From: Amoebidium appalachense
Lineage: Eukaryota > Protista > Ichthyosporea
Length of the DNA stretch: 64,000 nt
Assembly (NCBI GenBank): GCA_963693365.1
Contig: CAVNZM010000009.1
Location: forward strand, 10,048,243-10,112,242
Direction of reading: 5' to 3'
Shown: one piece after another, positions 36,110-49,374 of the stretch
Layout: each line of letters begins with the position of its first letter
Numbering within the stretch: position 1 is the first letter of the stretch
Translations under genes and position numbers: made by a program
The notes under the pieces: generated by a model
What the model saw: the letters and a program-made list of their open reading frames with translations, nothing else
Database searches by the model: none
What the model was told of the DNA's origin: nothing

Positions 36110-37405
36110 GCGGTCATATTTATAAATGACGTTAAAAGTTAAATGCCCACAAAATGCTTTGTGATTCGTTTATTAAACTCTGTTGTCATACTTGAGCCGG
36201 ATCCACGCCTGGTACCCATGGTAGCCGGTCAAATTCTTTAACAAAACCATGACTCATTCAGCATATATATGTACACAGGGCACCGCACCAGTTCTCACTT
36301 ATTTTCAGTATGTGAATGTTTTGTGTAAGTTATTTGACCCATCGATATCCCAATAGCAACGGATGGCCTGGCGGCCCCCCACGATTTCAAAGTTTACGGT
36401 ACTGTATGTATGTACCGGTGGCTTCGAGAGTCACTAAAGTGGCTCTCGTTATAAAAAAAAGCAAACTATCGCCGTATAAGACAGCCAATCGAAAACGTAC
36501 ACCTCGCATTTTTTAGATTCGACTTTAGATCGGAATTTCTTCTCATACCGGGGTGACAGTCCAAAAGTTTGCTGTTATAAACTCCTTCGCCTACATTGGA
36601 TGCTCCCTCGTTTATAATGGTTCTGCAACCCACAAAAGCACATATATAAAATGTCCACAAGCTTTAGAACTATTGCGCAGGAAAAATGTCAGTGCAGGAA
36701 TTTCGTTGCCAGTGACCGCAGCGCGGCTGTGGACGTGCCCACTGCCCGCTGGAATCAAGCCGAGTCAGTTCAAGAGGATCTTGATTCAGATTGCGGTGCC
36801 CTCAGATTGCACACAACCGCATCCTTTAACTTGGCCTGAATTTAATATTTTTAAGCACCAAGAGGGAAATTGATGTGTTTCTATATGTGTACCCATGTAA
36901 TTTATAACCTATTGCCGTTTCCTTTGGATAGGATTGAGTAGCAAAGGTCGACCATGACATAATCATGATGACGCGGTTTGTTTATACGCGGGTCACAGAT
37001 ATTTATCTTATCTACCGAATGATTGGCCGATCTTTCAGAGAAAATCGTCAATCAAGAGCATGGGAGATACAACGACCAATCCGATCTCTTAGATGGATTG
37101 CGCACATGTTGTTCCCAAGCAACCAATAGAAAGATTGTACTCGTTTACTCATACTGATTCTTCACCAATAAACAGATTGCCTTCTGGTTTTGCCGAACAA
37201 ACACATATTGCTTGTTCCGAAAGCATTTGAACTTCCGTCTACAAACAACTAAACCGAAGCACAGTAAAACTAATATTCATTCAAAAATGCTGTTAAAAAT
37301 AAATAAGCCAATAGGCTCATGGGTCTTCTAAACATTGTTTGTGCTCGCCGAGGCCCGCTGCGCCTTGCAAGTTGCGAGGCTGCGAGTAGAGATCGCCCAA
37401 TAGAT
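36110..37405 (-). promoter_or_regulatory. Putative upstream regulatory region of the Myc-like gene (TATA-like motif plus CCAAT cluster)
   Basis: TATAAAA on the minus strand at ~36118-36124. Several CCAAT/ATTGG boxes at ~37022, 37076, 37123, 37165, 37308 and 37397 in microsatellite-free DNA. Confidence 0.3.
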
Positions 37406-37833
37406 GTAATCCCTGCTTTTCACGAATCGCCAGCTCTATGTTTGTGGGGTCTGGACTCTGGAAGAGTAATGTACTGTATTTGGACACGTGGTATATTCTG
37501 GCCCCTATTCAACCAGCCGAGAAGAAACCATATATGAAAATACCTGGAAAACAGGGAAGCTATCTATTTCGACACCACAGACTGAGGAGCTTTTCGTTTC
37601 TTTTTACATTTTCTAGATGTATTCAATGTGCACGTGCGGCGGCTCGTCACGTCAGTGTCGTCACAATAGATCGATCTTATGCGGGGGCATGACTTGTCAT
37701 GATCCCGGGGCCCCGGCGGCGGCCCGTGACGTGCACCGTGCCGCACACACACACACGAACACATACACACACGCGCGCGTGCACGTGCACACGAACGCAT
37801 AAACACGTACACGCGCTCGGTACACACACGCGT

Positions 37834-37939
<106 letters not shown>

Positions 37940-38025
37940 GCACGCACACATGTACGTGTATGTACTCACACACACGCACATGCAAACCACATGTGAGCGT
38001 GTGCCATCTGTACACACGCTGGGGC

Positions 38026-38143
<118 letters not shown>

Positions 38144-38174
38144 GCAACACACACACACAAACCCACACACACAA

Positions 38175-38291
<117 letters not shown>

Positions 38292-38781
38292 CACATACAC
38301 ACACACATCCCGCAGGTCGCCTGGTCGCAGTTCCCTTCCCGCAGGTCGCCTGGTCACAGATCCCCTCCGCAGATCGCGCAGCCACCGTGCTGATTGTTTT
38401 GGACCATGCTGCCCTTTGAAGGTTAGTTTTGTGTTGCCTGCTTTTGTGCATATGGCGTTTGTCTGTCTGGTCTGTGTCCGTCCTGTGTTTATGCCTGTGT
38501 CTGTGTCTGTGTGTGTGTGTGTGTATGTGTGTGTGTGTGCGTGCGTGTGCGTGTGTCTGCTGGCTGCAGATGCACGTTGCCTTTCACGTTCATGAACCAG
38601 CGACTGTGGGCACTACTTTTGCTGTTAGCACTATAGCTATCGTCCCCTCCACCGATCGTTCAAGCTATTTTCTGCTTCTCTAGACTTCATAAGTTCTGGT
38701 CCGGGTTTCCGTCCTTACTATTTAAAAATTTTGAGGTTGGTTCTGTCGACTCTTTTTTTGCCACTCTCAGTCAGCCCCCTC

Positions 38782-38824
<43 letters not shown>

Positions 38825-38937
38825 CCCCCACTTCTCGCAAGTAGGATGAGCTAATTCTTAGCTCGAGTTCCTTTACAGGTTTTGGCAAGGTTGGCCCATG
38901 AAGTTATCAGCAGCTATAAGGCTACGTTATCATCTAG

Positions 38938-39275
38938 AGGTGGGTACCGGCTCTTTGTCCTATGGCTGCTGTTGTTTCCGTTTTTCGTTTCATAGGTGGG
39001 TACCGGCTCTTTGTCCTGTTAAGGTAAATAAAGTATGGAGGCAAGACCCTGTGGGTCTGGGGCTCTTTGTCCTATGGCTGCTGTTGTTTCCGTGTTTCGT
39101 TTCTGTGTTGCTCTTATAGCACATGAATGATCATGTGCATGTTTAGCACCCATAGGTGGGTACCGGCTCTTTGTCCTGTTAAGGTAAATAAAGTATGGAG
39201 GCAAGACCCTGTGGGTCTGGGGCTCTTTGTCCTATGGCTGCTGTTGTTTCCGTGTTTCGTTTCTGTGTTGCTCTT
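38938..39275. repeat. Local duplication: 125-bp block at 38991-39115 and 39151-39275 plus an internally deleted copy at 38938-38990
   Basis: cataggtgggtaccggctctttgtcctgttaagg...ttctgtgttgctctt is repeated. Confidence 0.9.
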
Positions 39276-40301
39276 GGGGTGGTATATTAGTTGTGTTGTG
39301 CAATAGTGTGCTTGATGCCACTATCCAACCGAAGTTAATAAAGTGACCATACGGAGCACGTATGGATGTCGACATGTGCAATACATTGGCAATTCATTGA
39401 TAATGATCATGGGGCTGTGCTTACCGTACCGTGTGCATATTGCCAATATATTGAGCATGTGATTGAGGTATCAATAAAGCTATTATTAATACGTTGGCAA
39501 TGTTCGTCATACGTATTATTCTTAGATATAAGACGTTACTCCGATATGCCTTTCATATTATAAGCGCACTTATACTGTACTTTGCATGCATTCGTTCCCA
39601 TTATCAATTTATTGGCAATGTATTTGGATAATATAGTGTGATATTTATAATATATATGTAATGCATTATCAACACTTATATCTTTATGGTGGTGGTATCA
39701 TTCGTATGTTGGCAATATATGCTTGATATGGAACATACTTACATATTTCTTATTTGTAATGTGTTGGGAGTGTATTAATCATACCTCTGTTTATGTCATC
39801 AATATACTCACGATATATAAGCAACCTATCGGCGATACCGCATTTATATATTGATTATAGTTGGATCATATGTTGGCAATACATTGTTTATATGTTTCTT
39901 GATATTTAAATCTTTGTATTTCTATGAATTACATATTGGCAATACATTAATAATGCGTTCATAGTGCAACTACAATGCGAAAATACAGTATTATCCATAT
40001 CATTATCTGTATTTTTGATATTATTTGGTTGTTATTGTAATATCGCCCGGGTATAATTGATATTGGCAATACGTCTATAATGCTAGCGCAATAGTAATGC
40101 AATGGCAATGTAATGGCACTCTAATGTATTGGCGATATTGATGTAACATATACTGGATAATATATTCATATCAGCGGGATATCGACAATAGAGGGTATTG
40201 GTACTGTATTACCATTGACAATACCAAAGCAATATTATTGCAATATGGCGTTCCTATTGGCGGCAAGGGGTTCTATTGCCAATATCGCCAATAGCGCCAA
40301 T

Positions 40302-41226
40302 TGTTAACTTCTATAAGTATTTGGGATGTAAGCAGAGACACAGTGGTGCAGTGTGAAAACACCACAGACACACACAACAACAAAACACGGAACGATCGGA
40401 GCAGTGTACACAACAGACATCAATGTTTAGACACGACTGAACTGAATTTATTCTGATCTTCGAATAAATACCTGAAATTCCTCTAAGTCCAATCCATACA
40501 TGATTTCCGACCAGTCGGAAATCAGATCCATCTCTAATAGAAACCAATCACTAAGAACCAATTGCTTTCAGAGAGATCCGGTACGCGGAGGCGTACACGA
40601 TAGGACACAGACACTAGTTAGGATCAACTCGTGTCATCATCAAGGAAGTTCTAACCTATGACATACTGCAAAGACTCAGACATATCACACTTAACCTTGA
40701 TGATTGGTTAAAGCCCGGCAACACATGAAAACTAAAGTGAATTAATGAAGTCTAAACACACATGCTATTCTAAGTGTAGCCTAAGTGTGTTACCGTCCAA
40801 TGAACACGTATTAAGTAACACAAATCTACCTAACATATATTAGTAGAAAAGAAATACGATTATACACATGAAGACAAGGAGAGAAAGAAAAGAAAATAAG
40901 GAAGGAGAAAGAGGAAGGAAAAGAGAGCACAGATCAACAAACAAGATAGTAATAGCATAACTATAACCAGAGATATTTATGTACACACGAACATGTACAC
41001 GTCTCTCCCTGAGTGGGTGGATCCGTGTACACACATATAAATATTCTAATCGATATTACAATACACGATTAAAGCCGATACAACACGATTACAAGTATAC
41101 AAGCATATCGGAGATCGATGCTACACTTTACATAATAGGAGTGTGGCATTTACACTAAGCATATGAACTGAAACATAACACAAACTGAGAAGATCTTACC
41201 ATATGTAAATACTACGTATTACAACA
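40302..41226 (-). repeat. 3' LTR of Copia element
   Basis: Direct repeat of 46132-47056; on the minus strand it is preceded by the PPT AAGTGGGGA (41227-41235). Confidence 0.95.
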
Positions 41227-41359
41227 TCCCCACTTAAGACTTTGAAGTTTGTGTTATCATATCCCCACTGAACTAGTGAAATCTCCCCACTTGAGAACAG
41301 AAACGGAAAAAAAAATTAAAGTGTGTACTTTTCCGGGGGGGGGGGGGGGGGGGGGAGAA

Positions 41360-41393
<34 letters not shown>

Positions 41394-41660
41394 AGGGGGG
41401 GGGGGAAGGGGGGGGGGGGAAGGGGGGGGGGGGGAGGGGGGAAGGAACCGGGGCAAAAACAACGAATATATATAACGTGTATAGGCGGTGTTTGATTAAC
41501 TGGGTTTTAAACCAGTGAAAGATAGAGTAGAGTGATGGTACAGGTCAAACCTTATATATAAACCCTAAGTGGGCATACCCACAAAGGCAATACATATGAT
41601 ATAATGATGTTGATAAAGTAAGTAGTACACATGAGAAAATCACTCTTGAAGTAGGTCGGG

Positions 41661-43510
41661 TCAATCCACAATATCCGGTAAACAAAGTCGAGCACGATGG
41701 TGGACATGACTCGGGCCGGGGAGGGGTTTGGTGAGTATGTCAGCTAAGTTGTGGGCTGACTCAACGTAGTGGACAACCACGTCCCCACTGGCAATGTAGT
41801 CCTTGGTGTTGTGATACCGGACGGCAATGTGTTTGGTACGGTGCTTGATGCCGGTGGAGTTGACGATGGCAATGGTCGACTGGTTGTCACAGTACACCGG
41901 AGTCGGAGCAAGCATGGGACAGCCGAGTTCCTTGAAGAGGTCACGGACCCAAGCAACTTCTTGGGTGCCAGCATTGAGAGCAATCAGCTCAGCTTCAGTG
42001 GTGCTGGTGGCCGTGATGGGCTGGAGCTTGGAGTACCAGATGACGGGCATACCAGCAAACACGATAATGTAGCCGGTGGTAGACTTCTTGCTGTCGGCAC
42101 AACCAGCAAAGTCAGCATCCGTGTAGCATTCGAGTATGGGGGACTGGGTGGCCGAGTACTTGTAGTCAATGCCAAGGTCAATGGTGCCGAGCAGGTACCG
42201 GGCCACACGACGGAGAAGGTCCCAGTGAGTCTTGCCGGGGTTGGTGCTGAACCGACCAAGGAAGCCGATGGCATAGGCAATGTCGGGACGTGTGCACCGT
42301 GCCACCCAGAGGAGACGGCCGAGTAACTCACGGTAGGGCACGGTGAACGGTTGGGGGGGGCAATCAGCCAGGGAGACGGTGGTGCCTGCAGGGATGGGGG
42401 TAGACTTGGACTTGGCATCGGTGAGGTTGAAGTCGTGGATGATATCCATGATGTAAGACCTCTGGTGCATGTGGAGGTGATGGGGATCAGAGTGATTAAA
42501 ATCAACACCGAGCATACGGTCAAATGGACTCATACGACAGCTGGCCATCTTGCTGATGTGGGCAGCCAGGTCACTGGCAGCAGTAGAACCCCGGGTGTTG
42601 GTGATGGTGGAGTCATCGACGTAGTTACCAGCCCGTACCACATCGTTGTTGGGGAAGAACCGGAGGTAGATGCACGGGTCGGTCTTAGTACGGGTCAGGC
42701 CATGGGCAAGAAGAATGCCGTCGAGGAAGTCGTACCAAGCCTTGGAGGCTTGCTTGAGGCCGTACAGGGCTTTCTTGAGTCTCCAGACCTTGCCAAGTGT
42801 GGCCATGGTGATGAATCCCGGGGGTTGTTTCATGTAGATGGTCTCGGTGAGTGGGCTGTTGAGAAAGGCCGTAGACACGTCGAGTTGATGTATGTCATGA
42901 CCTTCAACAACGGCCAGAGCTAGGATGGCACGGAGAGCAGCCGGACGGATGACAGGGCTCTCAATCAACTCATAGTCAACACCGTATTGCTGACTGAAGC
43001 CTTGAGCAACACCACGTGCCTTGATCTTGGTGTCACCAGCCGAGTTGAGAGTTTTCTCGGAGACAATCCACTTGAAGCCGACGATGTTAGCACCAGGGGG
43101 AGGGTCAACAAGTTCAAAGATGTCTTTGTCGACGAAGGCTTGATACTCAGCAGTCAGGGCTGACTTGACCTGATCACCATTGGGTCCGGAACAGAGTTGA
43201 CGGACAAGTTTGGGTAGTTGGTCGATGTTGATGGGGGGACCGGGGGGGACTGGCAGGGTGGTGGTGGCTTGAAGTCCAACCTTGCCCTGGAGACGGGCAG
43301 AACGACGGGGTGCAGGAACCGGGGTAGGTGGAGACGGTGGGGGGGGAACTTGGAAGTTCGGAAGTGCAGGGGGGGCAACCTCCGGGCTGGACGGGGCCGA
43401 GTGGAAGTTGTCGGGGGAGCCGGGTCGGATGGGTGTGACGTTGCCAGGGCCAGGATGAGGGTCGGCAGGCTGGACGGGCACGGGGGCAGGGGGGCCGGTG
43501 GGGGGGGGGG
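41661..43510 (-). CDS. pol: Copia pol: reverse transcriptase and RNase H
   Basis: KARGVAQGFSQQYGVDY, HQLDVSTAFLNS, LKKALYGLKQA, YVDD, YTDADFAG, TEAE, CDNQS, HRTKHIAVRYH, ADILTK. Confidence 0.95.
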
Positions 43511-46069
43511 TGTCGGGGGAACGACGATGGCAGGAGGGGGGCCAGAGTACACCAGACAAACATCATCTTCAGTGTCAACTGTGGGGGGTGGGGTGGTCGA
43601 GGTAGCAGTGGTGTCGGGGGTCGGAAGGGTTGATGGAATGTCGGACGGGAGATAAGCTGATTCGTCGAAAATCACATCACGGAAGAGGCCGACACGATGG
43701 GTGGTGGCATTGAAGATCCGGTGGCAGTGTGATTGAAGATCATAGCCGATATACATGCCGAGTTTGACGGTGGGGGCCAGCTTGTTCCGTTTAGAGGCTG
43801 GCACGTGAGTGTAGGCAGGGCAACCGAACACTTTGAGCTCGGAGATGTCGGGCTTGACACCGTAGAAAACCTCGAATGGTGTACGACCATTGGCAGTCGT
43901 GGACGGGGTGACGTTGATGATGTAGGCGGCATGTTGGAGGGCCTCAGCCCACAGTTTGGGAGACAGAGACTGATCTTGGACTTGATGGAGGAGGCAACGG
44001 ACAATCTCTTGGAGGAACCGCATACGTCGTTCAACATAGCCGTTCAGTTGAGGGCAGTCCACCGGAGCATAGCTGGCCTTGATGCCCTGGGAGAGGCAAA
44101 AAGCACGGGTATCCTTGGAGGTGAACTCAGAGCCGGAGTCGAAGTGGTAAACACCAACTTTGGAGGGGGCATGGGTGGCAACGAGGTTGGTGTGAGCTGT
44201 GAGAATATCCAGGGTGGTGGTACGGTCGGCCATCGGGTAGATCTTGACGAGGCCAGAGGCACGGCAGACAGTGACGAGAGCAACCTTGGAACCTCCGTAC
44301 GATGTTGTGGTAGGCTCAAAAAAATCCCAATGCCATTCATGACCGGGGATGTTGGAGTGAGGACGGTCACCCCTGAACGGAGCCTTGGTGGTCTTACCCA
44401 TAATGCAGCCATGACAATCAGGAACATCACAGTCGAGGACAGAGGAGGGGAGACCAATAACAAGGTCGTGTTTCACCATGTCCTTGATGCTGGTCATAGC
44501 TCGGTGCCCCAGACGATGGTGCCAGATGGATGGGTTAACACTGGTAGTGGCAGCCAGAGCCACAGGACGAGTGGGTGGTTGAATGGTGTAGTCCTTGAAG
44601 TAATACAGACCGTTGTGTAGACGGAGGTTGACGAGATGACGGCCGGTGAGTCGGTCGAAGAGGAATGACGGAGTGGAGGCATCGTTCAAATCACCCTTGA
44701 TGTATTCGGCAGCAGCTTGGGATGTTGAAATGAGGAAGGCTTGGCCAGACGGGGTGTAGTAGGCTTCAATGGTTAGGGTGGTAGTGCCATGGTCGGTGGT
44801 GGTGTTGATGACGATATGGCCGGTGTGAGTGGCCAAGACGGGGGTGCCATTGAAGGCAGCAACGGGAGTCGGTGTCGGAAGGGGAGTGAGGTCATGGAAG
44901 AACTCACGGGTGGGGCAAACAGTCATGTTGCACCCGGAATCCCAGGCAGGGTCGGAGGACACGGGGACGGAGCTAGCATTGTATGCCGAGAAAGCAAAGG
45001 AGACAGATTTCTCACTGCCTTGACGGGAACGGTTGTGTCTGGACATACGGCATTTCGGCTCAGGGCAATCGATGATCGTGTGATCAGGCTCGTGGCAGTA
45101 GGAGCATTCTTTCACGGACGGGGTGTTAGAACGAGCCGGGGAATCAGAACGACGGGAACCCGAGAAACGGGAACGACTGGGGGAACGAGACGTGGACCGG
45201 AAGGCAGGCCGGTGGGGGGAACGGGATCGGGTGTGCTGACGGGAGAGACGAGTTCGGAGGTCCGTGCCAGAGGTACGGTCAAGTCGGGTGCGTAAGTCAC
45301 GGCGAGGAAGATCACGGGGGGGAGCACTGGCATTTAATGCCATGCTGGACTTGGAGGCACGGTGGGCACGGTTGTTCCGGAGTTGCATCTTGAGGTCTTG
45401 ACGTAACTCGATGCCCTTGACGTGGTTATGGAGGGACTCGAAGTCGGGGAATAGCTTATCACCGAAGTGATAGTCTTCGATAAGACGATTGAACTCAGGG
45501 GTGAGGTCGTCTCTGGTGGTGAGTTCATTGAAGAACTTCTCAGCTAGACGAGTGAAGTGAATGGACTCATCTTGGAGAGACTGGAGCTGGTTCACGATGG
45601 TCTGCAGACGGCTCAGGTAGGTGGTGAATGATTCACCGGGCTGAAGGGCACAGGCATCCCACTGACGGTGAAGGATGCGGATCTGATCGGGTTTGCCTTG
45701 GAGATAGTGTTGACGGAATTTCCACATGGCCCGTTCAGGGTCCATGCCAATACGGTACTGGGCAACGGTGGTGAGGACGGAAGGGTCGATGTTCTGTATC
45801 ATATGGAGCAGGAGGCAATTGCGGGCCTCTTTGAGTTCCGCGGTAGTGCCGTAGCCATAGAAGGGGGGTTCACCGTCAACCGCGACGGTGGTAGGGGGGA
45901 CGTAGTTGTCAGCAAGGACAACATCCACGAGTCGGACACCTTTAGTGCCGGTCATCATGCCGAGAAAAATGATTTCCCATTGAAAATAGGTAGTTTTGCT
46001 ATCGGGACCAGTCTTCCCTTCACCTTTCCACATGGTGATTTTGTTTACGCCAGTTTTGTTTGGATCCAT
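43500..46069 (-). CDS. gag: Copia gag-protease-integrase
   Basis: ATG at 46069 (MDPNKTG). CCHC knuckle CSYCHEPDHTIIDC, protease WDSGC, HHCC WHHRLGH..CHGC, and DDE motifs WHWDF / FDSGSEF / NGYVERR. The frame switches to the RT frame at the G11 run 43500-43510. Confidence 0.93.
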
Positions 46070-46118
46070 GATTGAAAAACGAGCGCGAGTTCTAGATGTG
46101 TGTAGGGAGCGTACAAAA

Positions 46119-46131
46119 GGGCTGCATAACC
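46119..46131 (-). other. Primer binding site GGTTATGCAGCCC (half-tRNA-iMet type)
   Basis: Immediately follows the 5' LTR. Lacks the TGG start of 3'-CCA-primed PBSs and resembles the GGTTATGGGCCC PBS of Drosophila copia / Ty5. Confidence 0.7.
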
Positions 46132-47056
46132 TGTTAACTTCTATAAGTATTTGGGATGTAAGCAGAGACACAGTGGTGCAGTGTGAAAACACCACAGACA
46201 CACACAACAACAAAACACGGAACGATCGGAGCAGTGTACACAACAGACATCAATGTTTAGACACGACTGAACTGAATTTATTCTGATCTTCGAATAAATA
46301 CCTGAAATTCCTCTAAGTCCAATCCATACATGATTTCCGACCAGTCGGAAATCAGATCCATCTCTAATAGAAACCAATCACTAAGAACCAATTGCTTTCA
46401 GAGAGATCCGGTACGCGGAGGCGTACACGATAGGACACAGACACTAGTTAGGATCAACTCGTGTCATCATCAAGGAAGTTCTAACCTATGACATACTGCA
46501 AAGACTCAGACATATCACACTTAACCTTGATGATTGGTTAAAGCCCGGCAACACATGAAAACTAAAGTGAATTAATGAAGTCTAAACACACATGCTATTC
46601 TAAGTGTAGCCTAAGTGTGTTACCGTCCAATGAACACGTATTAAGTAACACAAATCTACCTAACATATATTAGTAGAAAAGAAATACGATTATACACATG
46701 AAGACAAGGAGAGAAAGAAAAGAAAATAAGGAAGGAGAAAGAGGAAGGAAAAGAGAGCACAGATCAACAAACAAGATAGTAATAGCATAACTATAACCAG
46801 AGATATTTATGTACACACGAACATGTACACGTCTCTCCCTGAGTGGGTGGATCCGTGTACACACATATAAATATTCTAATCGATATTACAATACACGATT
46901 AAAGCCGATACAACACGATTACAAGTATACAAGCATATCGGAGATCGATGCTACACTTTACATAATAGGAGTGTGGCATTTACACTAAGCATATGAACTG
47001 AAACATAACACAAACTGAGAAGATCTTACCATATGTAAATACTACGTATTACAACA
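46132..47056 (-). repeat. 5' LTR of Copia element
   Basis: Direct repeat of 40302-41226. Confidence 0.95.
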
Positions 47057-47104
47057 CCAATAGCAAAAAATACGTTGGCAATACTTCCGGGAAGTTTGCT
47101 GATG

Positions 47105-49374
47105 TTGATGGGTGGTGAGTCGTTTTCGTTGATGGTGATGACGGTGCCGACGGGAATGGGAGTAGCCTTGGGGTGGGCATCGTTGAGGTTGAAGTCTCTG
47201 ACGATGTCGTTGATGTAGGATTGTTGAAGCAGCTTGAGGTGACCGGGGGTGTGGATGAGCTGGGTGCCAAGGAAGATGTCGGGGAGGTCAACCTTGCAGA
47301 GAGCTGACTTCATGATGTGGTCTACTAGATCCTTGGTGTGGGAAGAGTTGGCCGTGCAGATGATGATGATGTCGTCCACATAGTTGCCAGTGAGGATGAT
47401 GTCACCGTTGGGGAAGGTCTTGATGTAGACACATGGATCTGAACGGAGACGTTCGAGACCGTGAGCAAGGAGGACCTTGTCGAAGTACTCATACCAGGCC
47501 AGTGATGCTTGCTTGAGGCCGTAGAGTGCCTTCTTGAGTTTCCAGACCTTGTGTTCGTTGCCGGGGGTGATGAAGCCAGGTGGTGGCTCAATGTAGATGT
47601 CTTCTTGAAGAGGACTGTTGAGGAAGGCAGTTGAGACGTCGAGTTGATGAATCTCATGGTTGCCGTCCACACCGATGGCAAGGAGGGCACGGACGGAGGA
47701 GGACATCACCACGGGGGAAGAGGTGTCACCGTAGTCAACACCGTAGACTTGAGTGAAGCCCTTTGCAACACCACGAGCTTTGATCTTGGTGTCACCGGCT
47801 GAGTTGAGGACTTTCTCAGTCACAATCCACTTGAACTTGATGATGTTGGCACTAGGGGGGGGACTCGGATCAACAATGGTGAAGACATCCTTGGTGATGA
47901 AGGCTTGGTACTCGGAGGTGAGGGCAGCTATGACGGCATCACCGTTGGGACCGTTGCAAAACTTTTGAATGCCCTTGGGGAGCTGGTCAATGTTGATGGT
48001 CGGTGCTATGATGCTGACCAGTGCCGTTGGAGTCTTGGTGAGACGTGTAGACCGACGAAGGTTGGGCTTGGGGGGGTCCTTGAGGGGGGTGGTGGCCGGG
48101 TAGGTGGTGGAGGCCGGGATAGGGGCATGGAAGCCAGGAATAGGACCGGTGGTGAGGGGGGCATCGGTGTCCACAGGGCTGCTCGAGGCCGAGTGGAAGG
48201 TGGGGGACCCAGGACGAACCGGAGTCATGTAGCCGGGTTGATGCACTGCAACGGGGGGGGCCGGCAGCAAGGGTTGTTGGCCAGTGGGGGGGGGGCTCGG
48301 GGGAGGCACGGGTTCAACCGGGGCTGGTTGGTTGTGCCAGGACGGTTGGGAGATGACCACAGACGGAGTTTCATCGTCGTCGTCGGAGGGGGGGTCCAAT
48401 GTCGGCAGATCGGGTTTGGGGGGAACGGGGACCTGATTGGTGACGGTGGAGAAGGCACGGTGGCCGAGACGGTTGTGCCAAAGGGTGAGGTCGTTGGTTG
48501 GTTGAGTCCTTGCTGTGTAGGCTTGGACCCTCGGGTGTTTAGGAGTCTCAATCACATAGTCAGTGATGTAGTAGAGACCGTCGAGGGGGGTGAGATCTGA
48601 AATGATGTCACCATTACGGCTGTAGAGGAACGACGGGTGGTTGTCTGTATCGTCACAATGACCTAGGAGGCCGGCAGCTGAGGCCATGGAGGTAGACACG
48701 AGGAAAGACGGTGACTCGGGTACGTAGTAAGCATTGATGCTGCACGGTGTTGGGTGGCCGTTGTAGTGCAGTGTCATGTTGATGATGCCACGTTGTTTGG
48801 CATTGACTGTGCCGAGGCCGTGAATGGGGGTGGGAGGACACGGGGTAAGGGAGGAGAAATACTCCTTGATGGGGCAGATGTGTGCATTACAAGCACTGTC
48901 CCAGACGGGGTCGTTACTGTCAGGTGTGCCGGTGGAGGAGATGAGTGCAAATTTCACACTCTTGTCGCCTTTCTCCTGCTTGGCACGACGAGCAACAGTA
49001 CAGCCAGGCTCCGGGCATGCTGTGATGTGGTGGGGCTCATGGCAGTTACTGTAGGAACACTCCACCTTCTTGGTGTTGTGCTGTCGGTTACGGTTGTCCC
49101 TGTTACCACGGTGGTAAGGGGAAGTTGAACGGGGGCCGGGTGACTTGGAGGAAGGACGAGGATCATGGGAACGGGACGGGGATCGGTGAGGTGTATGCTC
49201 ACGTCGAGGAATACGGTTACGGAGGTCACCGGGGGGAAGCACTCTGCTCTGGAGTGCACGGAGGGGACGGTTGTTGACGGTTGCACCTGTGCCTGCGTCG
49301 ATGAGGCCGGCACGGATTTCAGCTCCTCGGATGTCACTGATGAGCTGGTTGAAGGACGGGTAGGCCTTGTTGTT
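47105..49374 (-). mobile_element. Internal fragment of a second, related Copia family (partial gag, protease, integrase N-terminus, RT; no integrase core, RNase H or LTRs)
   Basis: Within the 853-aa ORF: CSYSNCHEPHHITAC, WDSACN and LWHNRLGHR, then a direct jump to the Pro-rich linker, followed by KARGVAKGF, HQLDVSTAFLNS and YVDD. Homology stops at PPINI. Confidence 0.9.

Larger units (their letters stand above)
40302..47056 (-). mobile_element. Full-length Ty1/Copia LTR retrotransposon, recent insertion
   Basis: Two 925-bp TG...CA LTRs (40302-41226, 46132-47056) with no difference seen by eye. 5-bp TSD CCAAT (40297-40301, 47057-47061). PBS and PPT present. Domain order gag-PR-IN-RT-RH. Confidence 0.97.
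39276..47104. mobile_element. AT-rich DNA-transposon-like segment with TTGGCAAT subterminal motifs, interrupted by the Copia element near its right end
   Basis: About 10 TTGGCAAT/ATTGCCAA-like motifs in 39380-40301 continue after the LTR at 47057-47088. The segment ends in GGGAAGTTTGCTGATG (47089-47104). The left end is not found. Confidence 0.55.

Noticed and set aside
37600-37830. Numerous CACGTG E-boxes near the Myc-like gene
   Set aside because: CACGTG arises at CA/GT junctions throughout the window, so local presence is uninformative.
46070-46243. N-terminal extension of the 1029-aa Copia ORF, and twin 78-aa/64-aa ORFs in the LTRs
   Set aside because: They begin inside the LTR at non-ATG codons; the duplicated ORFs simply reflect LTR identity.
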